A DNA stretch of 64,000 bases from Lama guanicoe (Eukaryota), in the NCBI GenBank assembly GCA_013239625.1, contig MU053574.1, forward strand, positions 186,001 to 250,000, read 5' to 3'. This document shows positions 38,608 to 50,110 of the stretch, one piece after another (within the stretch, counting starts at the first letter, position 1; every line of letters begins with the position of its first letter). The translations under genes and the position numbers were made by a program. A model generated the notes under the pieces. It searched no databases and was not told the DNA's origin. It worked only from the letters and a program-made list of their open reading frames with translations.

Positions 38608-39380
38608 CTGCAGGGCGGCAAGAAGGGCCAGGTGAGCCCTGCCGCGGGGACTCGCCGTGCTGCAGCAAGACACCGCCAGGCCGCGGGCAGGGCTCTCTAA
38701 CCTGCCTGCACTTCAGACCTGCCTTGGGAGGTTTTAGAACTGTGCACGCACCGGGCGGGGCTCGGGGTTCCAGGTGCGGTGGTTCAGCAGGTTTAGGGGT
38801 CCAGGGGCCCCGGGTAATCCTAGTGTGAAAGGCGAGAGTTGTAAGCCACGGGCCTGCGGTTCGTAGAAACCTGGATTGAGGCCGTGGAAATCTGCTGTAA
38901 CCCCTCCAGAATATACCGTTTTGTCCCTGTGACTCTTCTTAGCCTAATGTGTAAACAGCTTCCTCAGGAGTGTGGTGCTTTGTGCCGTGGATCCCCCAGG
39001 GCTCGGAATTAGGGGAGCACGCCTGCGGAGCTGACACCCATGGGAACCGGCTCCAAACGTCCCACTTCTTCCTGGGCCTCTGGGAACCTTGCCTGGTGCT
39101 GGCTCCAGTGAGAGGGTTTGTGCCTGACTAGATCTGGGCCCCAGAATCCCTCATTTTCAATAAAATGATGTGTGGGATCAGAGTCATTCCAGTAAAGCAA
39201 TGGGCCTCGGGCTCCGGGCGAGGAAAGTCTGGACAGTGGCCACGCGGGTCACCAGTTCAGACGGAGCTGCCCTCTCGCCAGAAGCCTGTCCTTTCCTTCA
39301 GGACGCCTCCTCTCCCGCCCCCTCGCCAGATGCACACGCTGAAGCCTTGAGAACAGGACGGGCAGGGGGGTGGGTCTTAC

Positions 39381-39583
39381 TTTGCTCGAAGGCTGCTTAA
39401 GTCGTTGCTTTGGCTAACGAGGGTTTTGCATTTCTCGAGGAGGTTGTTGGTGACGGGGGTGCCGGAGTGCAGGGCTTCGAAGTGCTGGCACAGCTTGCTC
39501 AGCTCTGTGCAGATGTCCAGGAACATGAGCAGGATGCGCCGGTCGGTGGAGTTGTTGCAGTAGTGCTCCGTGTAGCTCTGGAC
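39381..39583 (-). CDS. SPACA9: SPACA9 second coding exon
   Basis: ttgcag|VQSYTEHYCNNSTDRRILLMFLDIC...LSSLRA|gtaaga, 203 nt. Confidence 0.96.
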
Positions 39584-41639
39584 CTGCAAAGGCCGGCGTC
39601 ACGGGCGCTGGGAGGACACAGGAGAACCCACTCTGGTCCTCCGACCTGCCCACAGTCACCGGGGAGAGGCCAGTAGTGTGGAAGTATCTGAATATACAGA
39701 CACTGCATCCAGCAAACGTCATTAAGCGTCTCAGGCACCGAGCGGAAGGCTTTGCAGGCCTGATCGCACTTCATCCTCACCTACATGCTAAGTGCCGGGC
39801 ACCTCTTTACACCCCTACCTGACAGATGAATGTGGACACTCGGAGGGCTGAGACGCCCTGCTCAGGCACCCTGCCGGGGCGAAGCTGGATCTCACCCCCA
39901 GCTCAAGGCGCTCTGAGCCCAGACCTCCCACTGGTCCCCACGCGCCTGCGCCAACACCTGCAGCAGAGAGGGCTGGTCCCTGAGTTTTCACGCCACAGTC
40001 CCACTTAGAGGGCCCACTTAGAGGACCTCTGGGTTGGGCCACTCAGACTGAGGTGCAGACTAGACTCCTTTGTAGCAGTGGTGTCCAATGTTTGCAAGGT
40101 TAGAGAAGAGGGACATGTCGGTAAGGAGAGCTGGGAAAAGTTACCCATGTGAGAAAAAAAATGTAGTGGCTACCTCGTGCCGTAGACAAAAATCAGCTCG
40201 AGGAGAGCGGAGCTTAAATACTGGAAACTAACCTCCCATATGGGTGTGTTTGGCAGCAGGGAGGCTTCTCTTAAACCAGTCATAAAAGGTGCCAAGAAGA
40301 GCGGTAAGTTGGTCTAATTTCAACTCCTTTCCTTGGCTGGCGGTGGGGATCCCTCCTGGGTCAGGGCTGTCTCTCCAGGGTGACCTGAGATGCCTGACCT
40401 TGTGCTGGGGAGGAGCTGGCTGTGGTCCAGGTGGGATGAACTGGCCCAGGTCACACAGTCGCCTCCTCTCCACGACCCGGGGGCAGGGCAGCGCCCACCT
40501 CCTCCAGTTCCCAGGAACTGAGGTCTAAAGCAGGGTTTCCTGCTGCCACTGATGGCCTTTTCGTTCCAAGGGGATGTCTTCGCACGTGACCTCAAGTCGT
40601 CCCTTCCCAAGCACAGTCGCTTGGTAAGGGGACGAGACTCTTGATCCCACAGCGTATGCCCACACTCCAGCACCCCTGGCCCGGGTCTGTGGTGGGAGAA
40701 TGGAGCCTGCACTGTGGTGTAAGCACAGAAGGGCACTGTCACCAGATGCCGAGTGTGTGTGTGGGTAACCTTTGGATACTTCTGGTCCAGGAAGGGCAGG
40801 GTGAGGGTTGAAAGTCAACACACGTGGGGCCACTATTTACCAAAAGCCTCCTTGAACCTAAGGCAAGAAGGAGCAGGCCTGGGTCACTCCACCCTGATGC
40901 AGATTCTGAGCAGAAGTAGGGGCGTCTCAGGTGCTCCTTCCTGGTGCTGAAAACCTGTTCAGTGCCCTGGAAATCTGAGCCTCTGGGGGATGGGCTAAAA
41001 AGGATGCAGCCAGTCTACTTTCAAATAGTCCAGAGGGAAGAGGGTACACGCAAACATGGCTAAATATTACAGATTGGCGTATCTCGGTGAAGGTTACATG
41101 GGCATTCATTTTCTGTAGGTTTTTAAAATTTCAAGTTAAAAAACTGGGAGAAATTCTTGCAAAAATTAAAGAATTTTTTGAAGGATGCTGCCAGGCAGGG
41201 GTTGCCCTCTGTGGCCCTGTGTGCTTCTCCTGAGCAATTCTGAGCCCTGGTCCCCACTCTTGCCCCACCCTGTGAGCAGTCAGCCTTCGACAAGCCAGCT
41301 CCTTAGCAGGTAGCATCTCCTTAGCTGGAGAGGGTACCATCTAGGGTAGTGTTCCCAACACACCGTGGCTCAAGCCTGTGACTTCCTGGAAGGCTCGTTC
41401 AATCCTGAAGTCCTGCAGAGCAAACTTGGAAGGCAGCGAACCCCCCAGGAGACTCGGGTTAAACGGAAACATCCGTAAACACCACTGACAATGCACTAGG
41501 TGTGTCGCGGTTTCTCCGACCCAGTGGGGTCCACTGGCCGGGACCACGTGCAGCTGCTGCCATCCATCCCCAGCACTGAGCGCAGGGCCCCGCGGATAAC
41601 GCAGGTGCTGGCTGTGTGTGTTCCGGATGATGTCATGGA

Positions 41640-41800
41640 GTCCGCGTAACAGCCCTAGGAGGTGTGTGCTGCTTTTTTCACATTTTACAGATGAGGAAGC
41701 TGAGGCTTAGAGAGGTGACTGGCTGGCCCGAGGTCACAGAGGTGGGTGTGGTAGAGCCGGGACATACGCCCTGGCTAGCTGAGCCTTGAGCCTGCGTTTT
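41640..41800 (-). mobile_element. MIR SINE
   Basis: cattttacagatgaggaagctgaggcttagagaggtgactggctggcccgaggtcacag. Confidence 0.7.
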
Positions 41801-41992
41801 AACCCCTTTGTTATTCACTCAGAGATTTGCTGAGGGAATGAATGAAGGGCTCCTTCCACCACTGGGATCCGAGTCCTGATTCTGGCACAGGTGCTCTTGC
41901 CTTCTCTGGGCCTCAGTTTTTCAACTTTCAAGAGAGAGGACTGGGCCTGGGCCCGCCAGACCCGGGCCGCCCGCCCGCCCGGGAGGCGCCAC

Positions 41993-42136
41993 CTGTCCGA
42001 TGCTGGAGATGGGCCGGATCTTGTCATGGGCGTTCTCCCTGCAGTGCTCCAGAGCCGCGATGAAGGTGAACTGCTGCTGCTGGAAGAGCTTGTACTTCTG
42101 CTCCACGCCCCGAAGGGACTCCTTCACCTCATTCAT
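41993..42136 (-). CDS. SPACA9: SPACA9 first coding exon (exon starts 42172; extra in-frame ATG at 42142)
   Basis: MNEVKESLRGVEQKYKLFQQQQFTFIAALEHCRENAHDKIRPISSIGQ|gtggcg; acceptor cactag|42172. Confidence 0.95.
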
Positions 42137-42482
42137 GGTCATCCTCGGTGGTCACTTACGGTAGAGGAGGGTCTAGTGCGAGGAAGAGGAGAGTGATGAG
42201 GTCCCAGGGGCCTGGCCCAGGGATCCAGCGCCGGGGTCGCGAGATGCCCGCGGCCACGGAGGGGGGCCTCTCAGTGGCACACCGAGCGGAGCAGCTCCCC
42301 ACAGCCCTGGGGAGCGGGGAATGTTTTCACCCCCATGTTGCAGAGAAGGAAATGAGGTCCCAGGAGGCTGCAAACTCGCTCAAGAACCCAGCAGGCTGTG
42401 GCGACAGAGCCCTGCCCGCCCCAAGTCCACTTGCCCTCAACCATAGACGAGTTTCTCTGGGCCTTGGGTTCTCCAGATTATG

Positions 42483-42484
<2 letters not shown>

Positions 42485-42564
<80 letters not shown>
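42485..42564. repeat. Compound microsatellite (TC)24(AC)16
   Basis: Perfect repeat read directly from the sequence. Confidence 0.98.
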
Positions 42565-42566
<2 letters not shown>

Positions 42567-45500
42567 CCTCCATTGCCTCCAGGCAGTGTCAGCAAAAGCT
42601 GGGCTTGAGGAGCGAGCCACAGCATGGAAAATCTACGATGTTATCAATTGGAAGCAAATTATTTTAAAACAGCTGCCCCTCTGCAACTGCTGGGAAAGCG
42701 TAGGGAGTCTCCCCAGCGGGCGAAGCAGGAAAGAGCCGGCGCTGGGTTCACCAGCCTAAGCAGCCGCGGTGTCCCTGCACTGCGGGGGGCAGGGGCCCGA
42801 GCTCGGGTTTGCCCATCCCCAGGGCAGGGGTCGGCCGCTGGTGACCCCCCGCCCCCCACAGTGTTTGCAGGGGTGAGCCTGATTGGAAACAGGAAGGCTG
42901 TGAGGGGTTCTGTCTTTTGGTGCCTCACAGACTGTCCCTGATGTGATCCAGGAGGTCCACGTGCGTCCAGAATCTCCTCTGAGCAGAAAAGGCTGTGGGT
43001 TCTGCCCTCCGTGACATCATAATTTTGCTAAGCGCCTGCAAAATGCTGCAGGTCACAGGTTCACGGAATGCCCGAGCTGGAAGGGGCTTCAGTAGGTCAA
43101 CCCCCCCTTGACTCCCCGGGGTGCCACAGAAGCTTGTTCCAGAGACACCCTGGGTCCCGGGTGTCCTGCTGTCTAACCAGCGTCCTCAAAGGTGCAGCAG
43201 CTGGCTGGCTGTGCACCACGGGGCACCAGCACACATGGAACCTGGGCTTGGATGTGCCCCACGTGAGTCAGAGGTGGCGGCACTGAGGGAGGGGCCGAGC
43301 CAGATGCTGCAGGTGGAAGGGGCCAGAATGCTTGGCGGGGTCAGGGGGACACACTCCAGGCTCCTCCTGGCAGGTCCCAGGTGGAGAGGAGGCCTGCTTT
43401 CGGCTGTGTCTCCCTCAGCATCCTGAGCACAGCAGGACTGCAGCCAGGGAGACTCTGTGGCAAGAGGAGACGGCGTCAGGGGGACGAAAGGAAACCTAAG
43501 GAGGACAGACCATGAGGTGTCCTTCACGGCGTGATGGGAGCGGTGAATCAGAGAACTTGGGAGGGTTGGGGCCTGGGGACGTGCAGCCTCGGAGCCCCTG
43601 TCCCGGGCCGGGAGCTGAATGCAGCCGGGTCACCATAAAGGGGCCGCGCAGCGGGGACCCTGACGGTCGTGCTGCACACACCCAGGTGGGTCTCCTGCAG
43701 ACGCGGGGAGGGCCCCGCCCCTGGAGCCATAGCACCTGTGCTTGCCAACAGAGCAGTGCAGCTCCACTGGAGACGGGCCTGGTCTGGGGCCGTGCAGGGC
43801 GGTGGCCTCCTTCCAGCTCAGCCTCCTCCCCCTTCAGCACAAGACAGGAAGGGGAGCGGGGTGGAGGGGACGCGGCGAGGCATGTTGAACACCTGCCATA
43901 TCCAGCCAGGGCCCCCACCCCCTACCTGGAGGCAGAAATGACAGTAAACCTGGGGCACAGTGGTTTTCTGTCGGCTCCCATGGAAGCAGGCTTAGGACCT
44001 GGACTAGGGCGAGGAGAGTGAGGCACACACCTCAGGACAAAATTTAAGGGGGTGCCAGAAACTCAATAATCAAGGTAGGATGAAAACAGGCATGATGTGT
44101 ACCCCGAAAGAGGCAGAGGCTGCTGAGGGCTCTGGCTGCTGGAGGAAGGAAGGTTTGAAGAGGCAGGCGGGCTTTGGAGGGGAGGAGGGCAGGTGGGCTG
44201 AGGGGTGGGCCCTGGGTAGAGATTGGGGGGTGGGACTAGCTTAAGTGCAGAATGCAGCTGGCAGGGACCCACGCGGCAGGCAAAGCTGCAAGGGCAACCA
44301 CTGAAGGCTTCTGTGCCGAGGAGGTGCCAAGCACTCGATCATTTGTTCATTCATTCATGCTGCCGTGCCAGACACCATTCCGGCTGCTGGGCTGGATATA
44401 CAGCACTGAACAGGACAGGATTCCCTACCCTGGAGGGACTGTGAGAGTGGGAGGCAGACCATAAGGATAAGTGAAATGAACAGCAGTTTAGACAAGGAGA
44501 AAAGAAAGCAGGCAGCCGGCAGGAATGGCAGGAGCAGAGGGCTACACAGGCAGCCAGAGGGGCACTTGCAGGAGCGGGGTGGGCGCAGCACAGGCATTAT
44601 CTCAAGTCCTCCTCCCAGTCCTGTGAACGGCGGACCACGGCTGATTATCCCCACGTGGCAGATGACAGAGCTGAGGTCTGGCATCTTAGGGTATGAGCAA
44701 ACCAGGATTTCCCACTTAGCCTTGCCTGACTTTATAAAGTCTGGGATCTTAAATTGGATACCTCCCACCTTCCCTCAGTCGTGGTCCATAGAGAGAAACA
44801 CGCCGAATATCAGATTGACTATGGCTGGGGGGTGGTTAGGTGGGGGTGGGTACCAAGGGCCTGCATAGTTAGACCCCTGGGCCTCGCTTCCACTACCGTG
44901 AGACTGTTCCCTGTTCCCTACCGCAAAGCCATGAGGACTAGCATTCTGGGGGCTGCCCTGTGTGCCCAGCTCTGCCACCCTCCTGGGGCTGCCAGATTCT
45001 CCGGGGATAAAGTACTACCTTAGCTGGTGGCCCCAAGAGCCCCTGGGAGCAAAACCGACTTGGTTCTTGATCCTATGGACTTGTGACATGCACACCAGGA
45101 ATGTCGTGAGAGGAGCTGTAATAAGCTATCCAAAGTGATCGTCCCTTGAACCAGAGTCACTGCAGCCAAATTAGTCTGGATGAAAGGCACAGGGTGCAAG
45201 CACTTCTCAATCTGGGGGAGGAGGTAGGGAAAAATGATTACCCAATAGGTTTCAGGCTTTAATTGATTTGTATTTTTCCAGGCTGCTAAGGAAGATTAAA
45301 TCGTGGTATGAAAAATGCCTAGGGCTTAAAATAAATGAGGAGAAAGGCAAGTCATTTCAAAAATGTCCAGGAAGCAAACTGAGCCTCTCTAGTGCAAACT
45401 GCAGGCTTGGCGGTTGTGTTCTTTGTTCGGGGGGTAGGCAGCTTCCTTTCCTCCCCCAGCCATCTTTGCAGTTGGGTTTGACAAGGCTACCAAGGTGTGC

Positions 45501-45579
45501 GGTGCTTTGAGGAGGCAGTTCTGAGGGGGAGAGACAGAACTGCAGCCTTTTAGCCTTGAAGGGTGTATCTCCAGGCTGG

Positions 45580-46080
45580 TGGCTGCTGGAAAAGCCTTTG
45601 GCTAGGAGTCAGGCTGCCTAGTTCCAGCCTGGCTCTACCTTTGATTTAATGGGTGAACTTAGCCAATAATTTCCCCCTTTCTGGGCCTCAGTTTCTCCAT
45701 CTGTAAAATGAGGGAATTTGGTTTTGAGGCTCTTCAAGGGCTCTTCTGGTTTTAATGCTGCATGATCAACAACTTATGGGGAAAGAGGCCCAGAAGGGGG
45801 AAATGGCTCAGTGAACAACTTTTCATCATTCTGATCCTTCAGTTTCTCATCTGTAAAATGGGAATGAAGGTACCTATTTCCCAGGGTTGGTGCAGATTAA
45901 ATGAGATGATATTACTAATACTAGCCCTAAGCACTGTGTACTTACTACACGCCAGTTACTTTCTAATACTTCAGACATACTAGCTCACGGAGTCCTGCCA
46001 TAATCCCCACTTCCCAGGGGAGGCTGGCACAGCTTGGTGAGAGCGGAGCCAAGATGTGAGTCTTGGGCAATCTGTATTGA
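45580..46080. mobile_element. Cluster of MIR fragments
   Basis: ctgggcctcagtttctccatctgtaaaatgagg and cagtttctcatctgtaaaatggg cores. Confidence 0.6.
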
Positions 46081-46387
46081 CGATGCCATACTCCCTCTTC
46101 CTAATGTACACAAACACCAAAGTTTCGTTGGGAGCACAGCTCAAAAAAGGTAGTTTCTACTAAAAATAGCAACGGACAGGAGGGAGAGCTCCGAATCCAG
46201 TTCTGCGTCCGATACCAGGCTGCCCACTGGGGATTAACACGACTCGCATACCTCCTTCCCCCCACCGCATCCCACCGCATCTTTCTCCCGGGACAGCAGC
46301 AGCAGCGGCGGTCCCCTCCATTCTCCAACCCCCTCATCCCACCCAGTCTCCAGACCCAGGGCTTGTCCCAGAGCGGCCTTCACTCAC

Positions 46388-46500
46388 AGAGCGCCCTGAA
46401 GCTGAGGTGCCTCCGTGGGTGTCTGGGGCCCCGGAGGGGCGGGGAGGCCCTTCCCAGGGCTTGGGAGGCGGGGTGGGTGGGGTGAGAAGGGGCGGGGCCG
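46388..46500 (-). other. SPACA9: Probable SPACA9 non-coding first exon (5' limit uncertain)
   Basis: Minus-strand donor tct|GTGAGT at 46387-46382 at the edge of the CpG island, just downstream of an X-box-like motif. Confidence 0.45.
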
Positions 46501-47085
46501 CGGGCCCGATTGTTACCGCCGGTGCCATAGCAATCCGGTCAGGAGGCAGCCCCGCCCCACCCCCGGAGCCAGTGGCGCGGTCTTGGGGGGGCTCCGAAGC
46601 TCAGAGTTGGGCTGAGGACTTCGCGCCCGTCCCTCCCTTTTCAACCACCCTCCCCCACATCTTCCAGTGCCTTCGTTTTAAGGACGTAAACTGAGGCCCT
46701 AACGTCTGGGCCAGGGCGCGTTGGCGGAACCAGAAGCGGGATCCGCCTCCCGCCCTCTCGGGGGCCGAGGTGCCCCGGGGTGTTGTGCGCTGTCACAGCA
46801 CAGAGGGCGCCTCTGACCCCAGGAGGCCACAGCTGGAAGAGACTTGAGGCACCTCACTGAGGCGCAGACGCGAAGGGGAGGCCGGGGCGGGGAAAGCATT
46901 TGCCCCAGGCGGCGGCACGAAACCAGAAGAGCCCGAGGCCAGGCCCATCGCCGGGCCGGCGGGCCAGGCGCGCTGATGACGTAACGGCGCCCTTGGCGAC
47001 GGCGGTCACCAGGGAGCGGCGCGCGCCGATGACGCGCGGCCCTAGCGACGCCGGTCACCAGGGAGCGGCCGCGCTGCACGGTGGC

Positions 47086-47169
47086 ATGGACGCGACCACC
47101 GCCCCGCACCGCATCCCCCCGGAAATGCCCCAGTATGGGGAGGCGAACCACGTCTTCGAGATGATGCAG
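47086..47169 (+). CDS. AK8: AK8 (adenylate kinase 8) exon 1
   Basis: ggcATGg strong Kozak; [28 protein letters not shown]|gtgacc. Confidence 0.95.
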
Positions 47170-48881
47170 GTGACCCGGGCAGCCCTGTCCTGTCGCGACA
47201 CAAGGCGGCGGCCGGGGAACCGCTTGTCGCGGTCCGGGTGCGCGCCGGTGACCCCGCATCAGGGAGGGATCACGTTTGTTACCCAGGAGGCCGCCCAAAT
47301 TGGGGTGTACGACTTCCGTACCGTCGTACCTCAAGGGACCCCTCAATCAGAAGATGCCCCCTGACGCTATCCCGCGGAAACTGGTGGGAGGCCAGGATTT
47401 GGTTTGGGCTCCTGGCCAGTCCGCTCCACGGTCTGGTCCCTTCCTTTTCTCAGTTCCCCAATCTGTGAAATGCCAGGTTGCAAGAGGTGGTCTCCAAGGG
47501 ACTTGTCTAACCCTAACAATTCCCACGCTGTCTGCGGTGTTGGTTTCTCAGCTGGGGAGCGTCTGAGTTGGAGGTGGCATCCCCATCCACTGAGAGAGCG
47601 GCCTCCTGAAACAGCAGCCCTGTGGTTTGGACAGCAGCATTTCCCATCTGGCCCTTCCTCCTCGGCCAAGAGTTCAGGGCAGCGTCCAAGCCCTCATCCT
47701 GAGTTCCTGACCTTAGGCAAAACCCTACCCTTGCTTGTGCTCCAGATGTCCCCTGGGCATCTCGGGGAAGTAAAGGCTTTCAGGAGCCTGACTGGAAGAC
47801 CTCTCAGCCATTCAGAGGTTCTGAGGGCCAAAGGGGAGCTGGAGCATTTGTTTGCTCCTCCAGATGTATCCCGTCCCCAGAGGCACCTCCTTAGTGATAC
47901 CTGTGGCCACTTGAGCCTCTGACCTGCACATGTGAGAGCAGAGCTCAGACTCAGAAACCTGCGTCTCCATCCTCCCAGCGAATGTACGCTTCTTTGGAAA
48001 GCGTTAACTTTCCACCATCTCTCACACCATCTCTCCAGTGAAATATGACTGATGAAGGATCTTGTCCAGTGGTTTTATTTAGTGGGTGGGCCAGCAAATG
48101 CCCCGAGAAGGGAAGGGACTGGCTGGTGAGATGCACAGTGGGGCCACGACCTCATAGTTCAGCGCTGTTTTTACTGCCCCACTCTTTCCTTGCCCCCAAA
48201 GGGTTAAAGCCCCTCCCTGCTTGTCTGTGGTGCTGAAGGATGCTCCTTAGTGCCCCAGCCCAACTCCTCTCAGCTGCCTGGTTCATTTCTGTGCCTTTTG
48301 CTTGGAACCATGGAAGCTGCTTTTCCTTGGAATTAAATGGCCAGGCTACCCCAGGACTACTTAGGTATTTAGCTGGTGAATATTCTGTCCCACTCTGGCG
48401 AAACACAGGGAGCAGTGACAGCTGTGTCCCCAAGCCCATGTATGCTGGGCACCCACTGTGATTGTGCCAGGCGCTGGGACAAGGGTGAAGCAATACTAGG
48501 GGTGCACGGGGACTGCAGGAGCACATGACAAGGTTCAGCTGGTGAGTGTGATCAGGAAGGGATGTTTCCTTTGAGGCCTGAGGGAAAGGTGTTCCAGGCT
48601 GAGGGCACAGCATTTGCTAGGGCTCTTGAGGGGGTGAATGGGCACAATGCAGGAGAAGGACCTCCAGCTCCGCCTCCCCCCAGTTGCCTCCCTCCCCAGC
48701 AATATCCTCATGCCTCTGCTTGCAGGAACCCAAGCAAATGCCAGCTAGGGTAGGGCACAGGGGAGAGATCAGGCCGCGGGGCTGGTATCCGTAGCGAACC
48801 AGGGTGCTGGGCCACCTGAGCCTGGGGCCCTGGGTGTCCATGTAGGTGTTAACCATATGGGTGTCTGCCCTCTGCCCACAG

Positions 48882-48966
48882 AACATGCTGGAGCAGCTCC
48901 TGATCCACCAGCCCAAGGACCCCATCCCGTTCATGATTAATCACTTGCAACGAAACAACGATTATG
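48882..48966 (+). CDS. AK8: AK8 exon 2
   Basis: cacag|[28 protein letters not shown]|gtgagc, 85 nt. Confidence 0.95.
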
Positions 48967-49979
48967 GTGAGCATTCGAGTGGCCCTCCTCCCCCTCCCCA
49001 GCTGTCTCCCTCCCCTCCTCCCAGGAATCTGTGAGGCCCTCTGTCCTCCTGTATCTAAAAGGAGGTCAGAACTGGCTGGGGAATGATTTGACAACTTGGG
49101 GAGGTGGGTGATTGAAAAATGCCTTAATTTCTTTCAGAGCACAACTAATAAAAATTCTCTTGCCAAGTTATTAAAATGAAAACCTCCGAATGGCCCACGG
49201 AATCAATTATTCATGCTTTGGCATGCCCCAGCTGATGTCGCCTGTTGGGTTTAAGCTCTGTGATCACTCCACTTGTCAGGTGTAAGTGTGGTTTCTGGTC
49301 TACCTAGACAGACAGCACCGGTTTTCCTGATGGTCTCATTATTGGCGCCCGTTAATGAGTTCCAGAGCTCCCCCAGCCTCACCCGGGCGGGCGCGAGTTG
49401 GACCCAAGGCCGGAACGCCGAGCGGGGAGGAGGGAGAGGAGGCGTTCCATCCCATGGTCGATTTGCCAAGTGGAGGATCGTTGCCATCCTGTGCGAGCTG
49501 TCAGGGAGACCGGTGTCCTGGAGCTTTGATGTTTCTTTCATTGGTGCATTAGCTGCTTTGAAGGAGCTACCAGCGCACCAGTGAAATGAGCGCGCAGTGC
49601 CACTGAGAAGGATGGAGGCCTGAGATGCCCCGTGGTGGGGTTCAGAGGCCTAAGATGAGAAAGATTGCTAAGTAGTTAAAAAAAAAAAATGGTCAGAGGG
49701 AGGAGACTCCAAGCCTGCAGGTTTGCCAGGCACACCTGGCCTCTGCAGCGTGGCCGGCCCACAGGTCCTGAGCAGGGTCAGCAGGTCAGAGCGAGGGGCT
49801 GTTTCACAGACCTAGGCAGGGTGGTTCAGCGTGGCTCACAGGGTCCCCGCAGTGCCCTATTCTGAGCCTCTAGTGAGGCAGAGTGGAGAACTGACATTGA
49901 CTGTGAGCCTGGGTGCCCCAGGTAGCGATCAGCTGGGATGATGGGGGTGGGGGGATCCACTTCACCCCACAGAGACTCT

Positions 49980-50110
49980 TCTTTTTTTTTTTTAATTTAA
50001 ATTGTTTTTAGTAAAAAAAAATTTTTAAATGGAGGTACTGGGGATTGAACCCAGGACCTTGTGCATGCTAAGCACGCACTCCACCACTGAGCTAGGTCTG
50101 TCCCTCCCCC
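49980..50110 (-). mobile_element. tRNA-derived SINE (Vic-1-like)
   Basis: tggaggtactggggattgaacccaggacc...ccactgagcta is the reverse complement of the same SINE head; T-rich tail. Confidence 0.85.

Larger units (their letters stand above)
46380..47330. promoter_or_regulatory. CpG island / bidirectional SPACA9-AK8 promoter
   Basis: Very CpG- and GC-dense; GGGGCGGGG GC boxes, CRE-like TGACGTAA 46977, X-box-like GGTGCCATAGCAAT 46521-46534; lies between divergent genes. Confidence 0.85.

Noticed and set aside
42148..42759. 203-aa ORF with (LS)n(HT)n
   Set aside because: Translation of the TC/AC microsatellite.
46699..47346. 215-aa minus-strand Arg/Pro/Gly-rich ORF across the CpG island
   Set aside because: Stop codons are depleted in very GC-rich DNA; antisense to AK8 exon 1; no recognisable homology.
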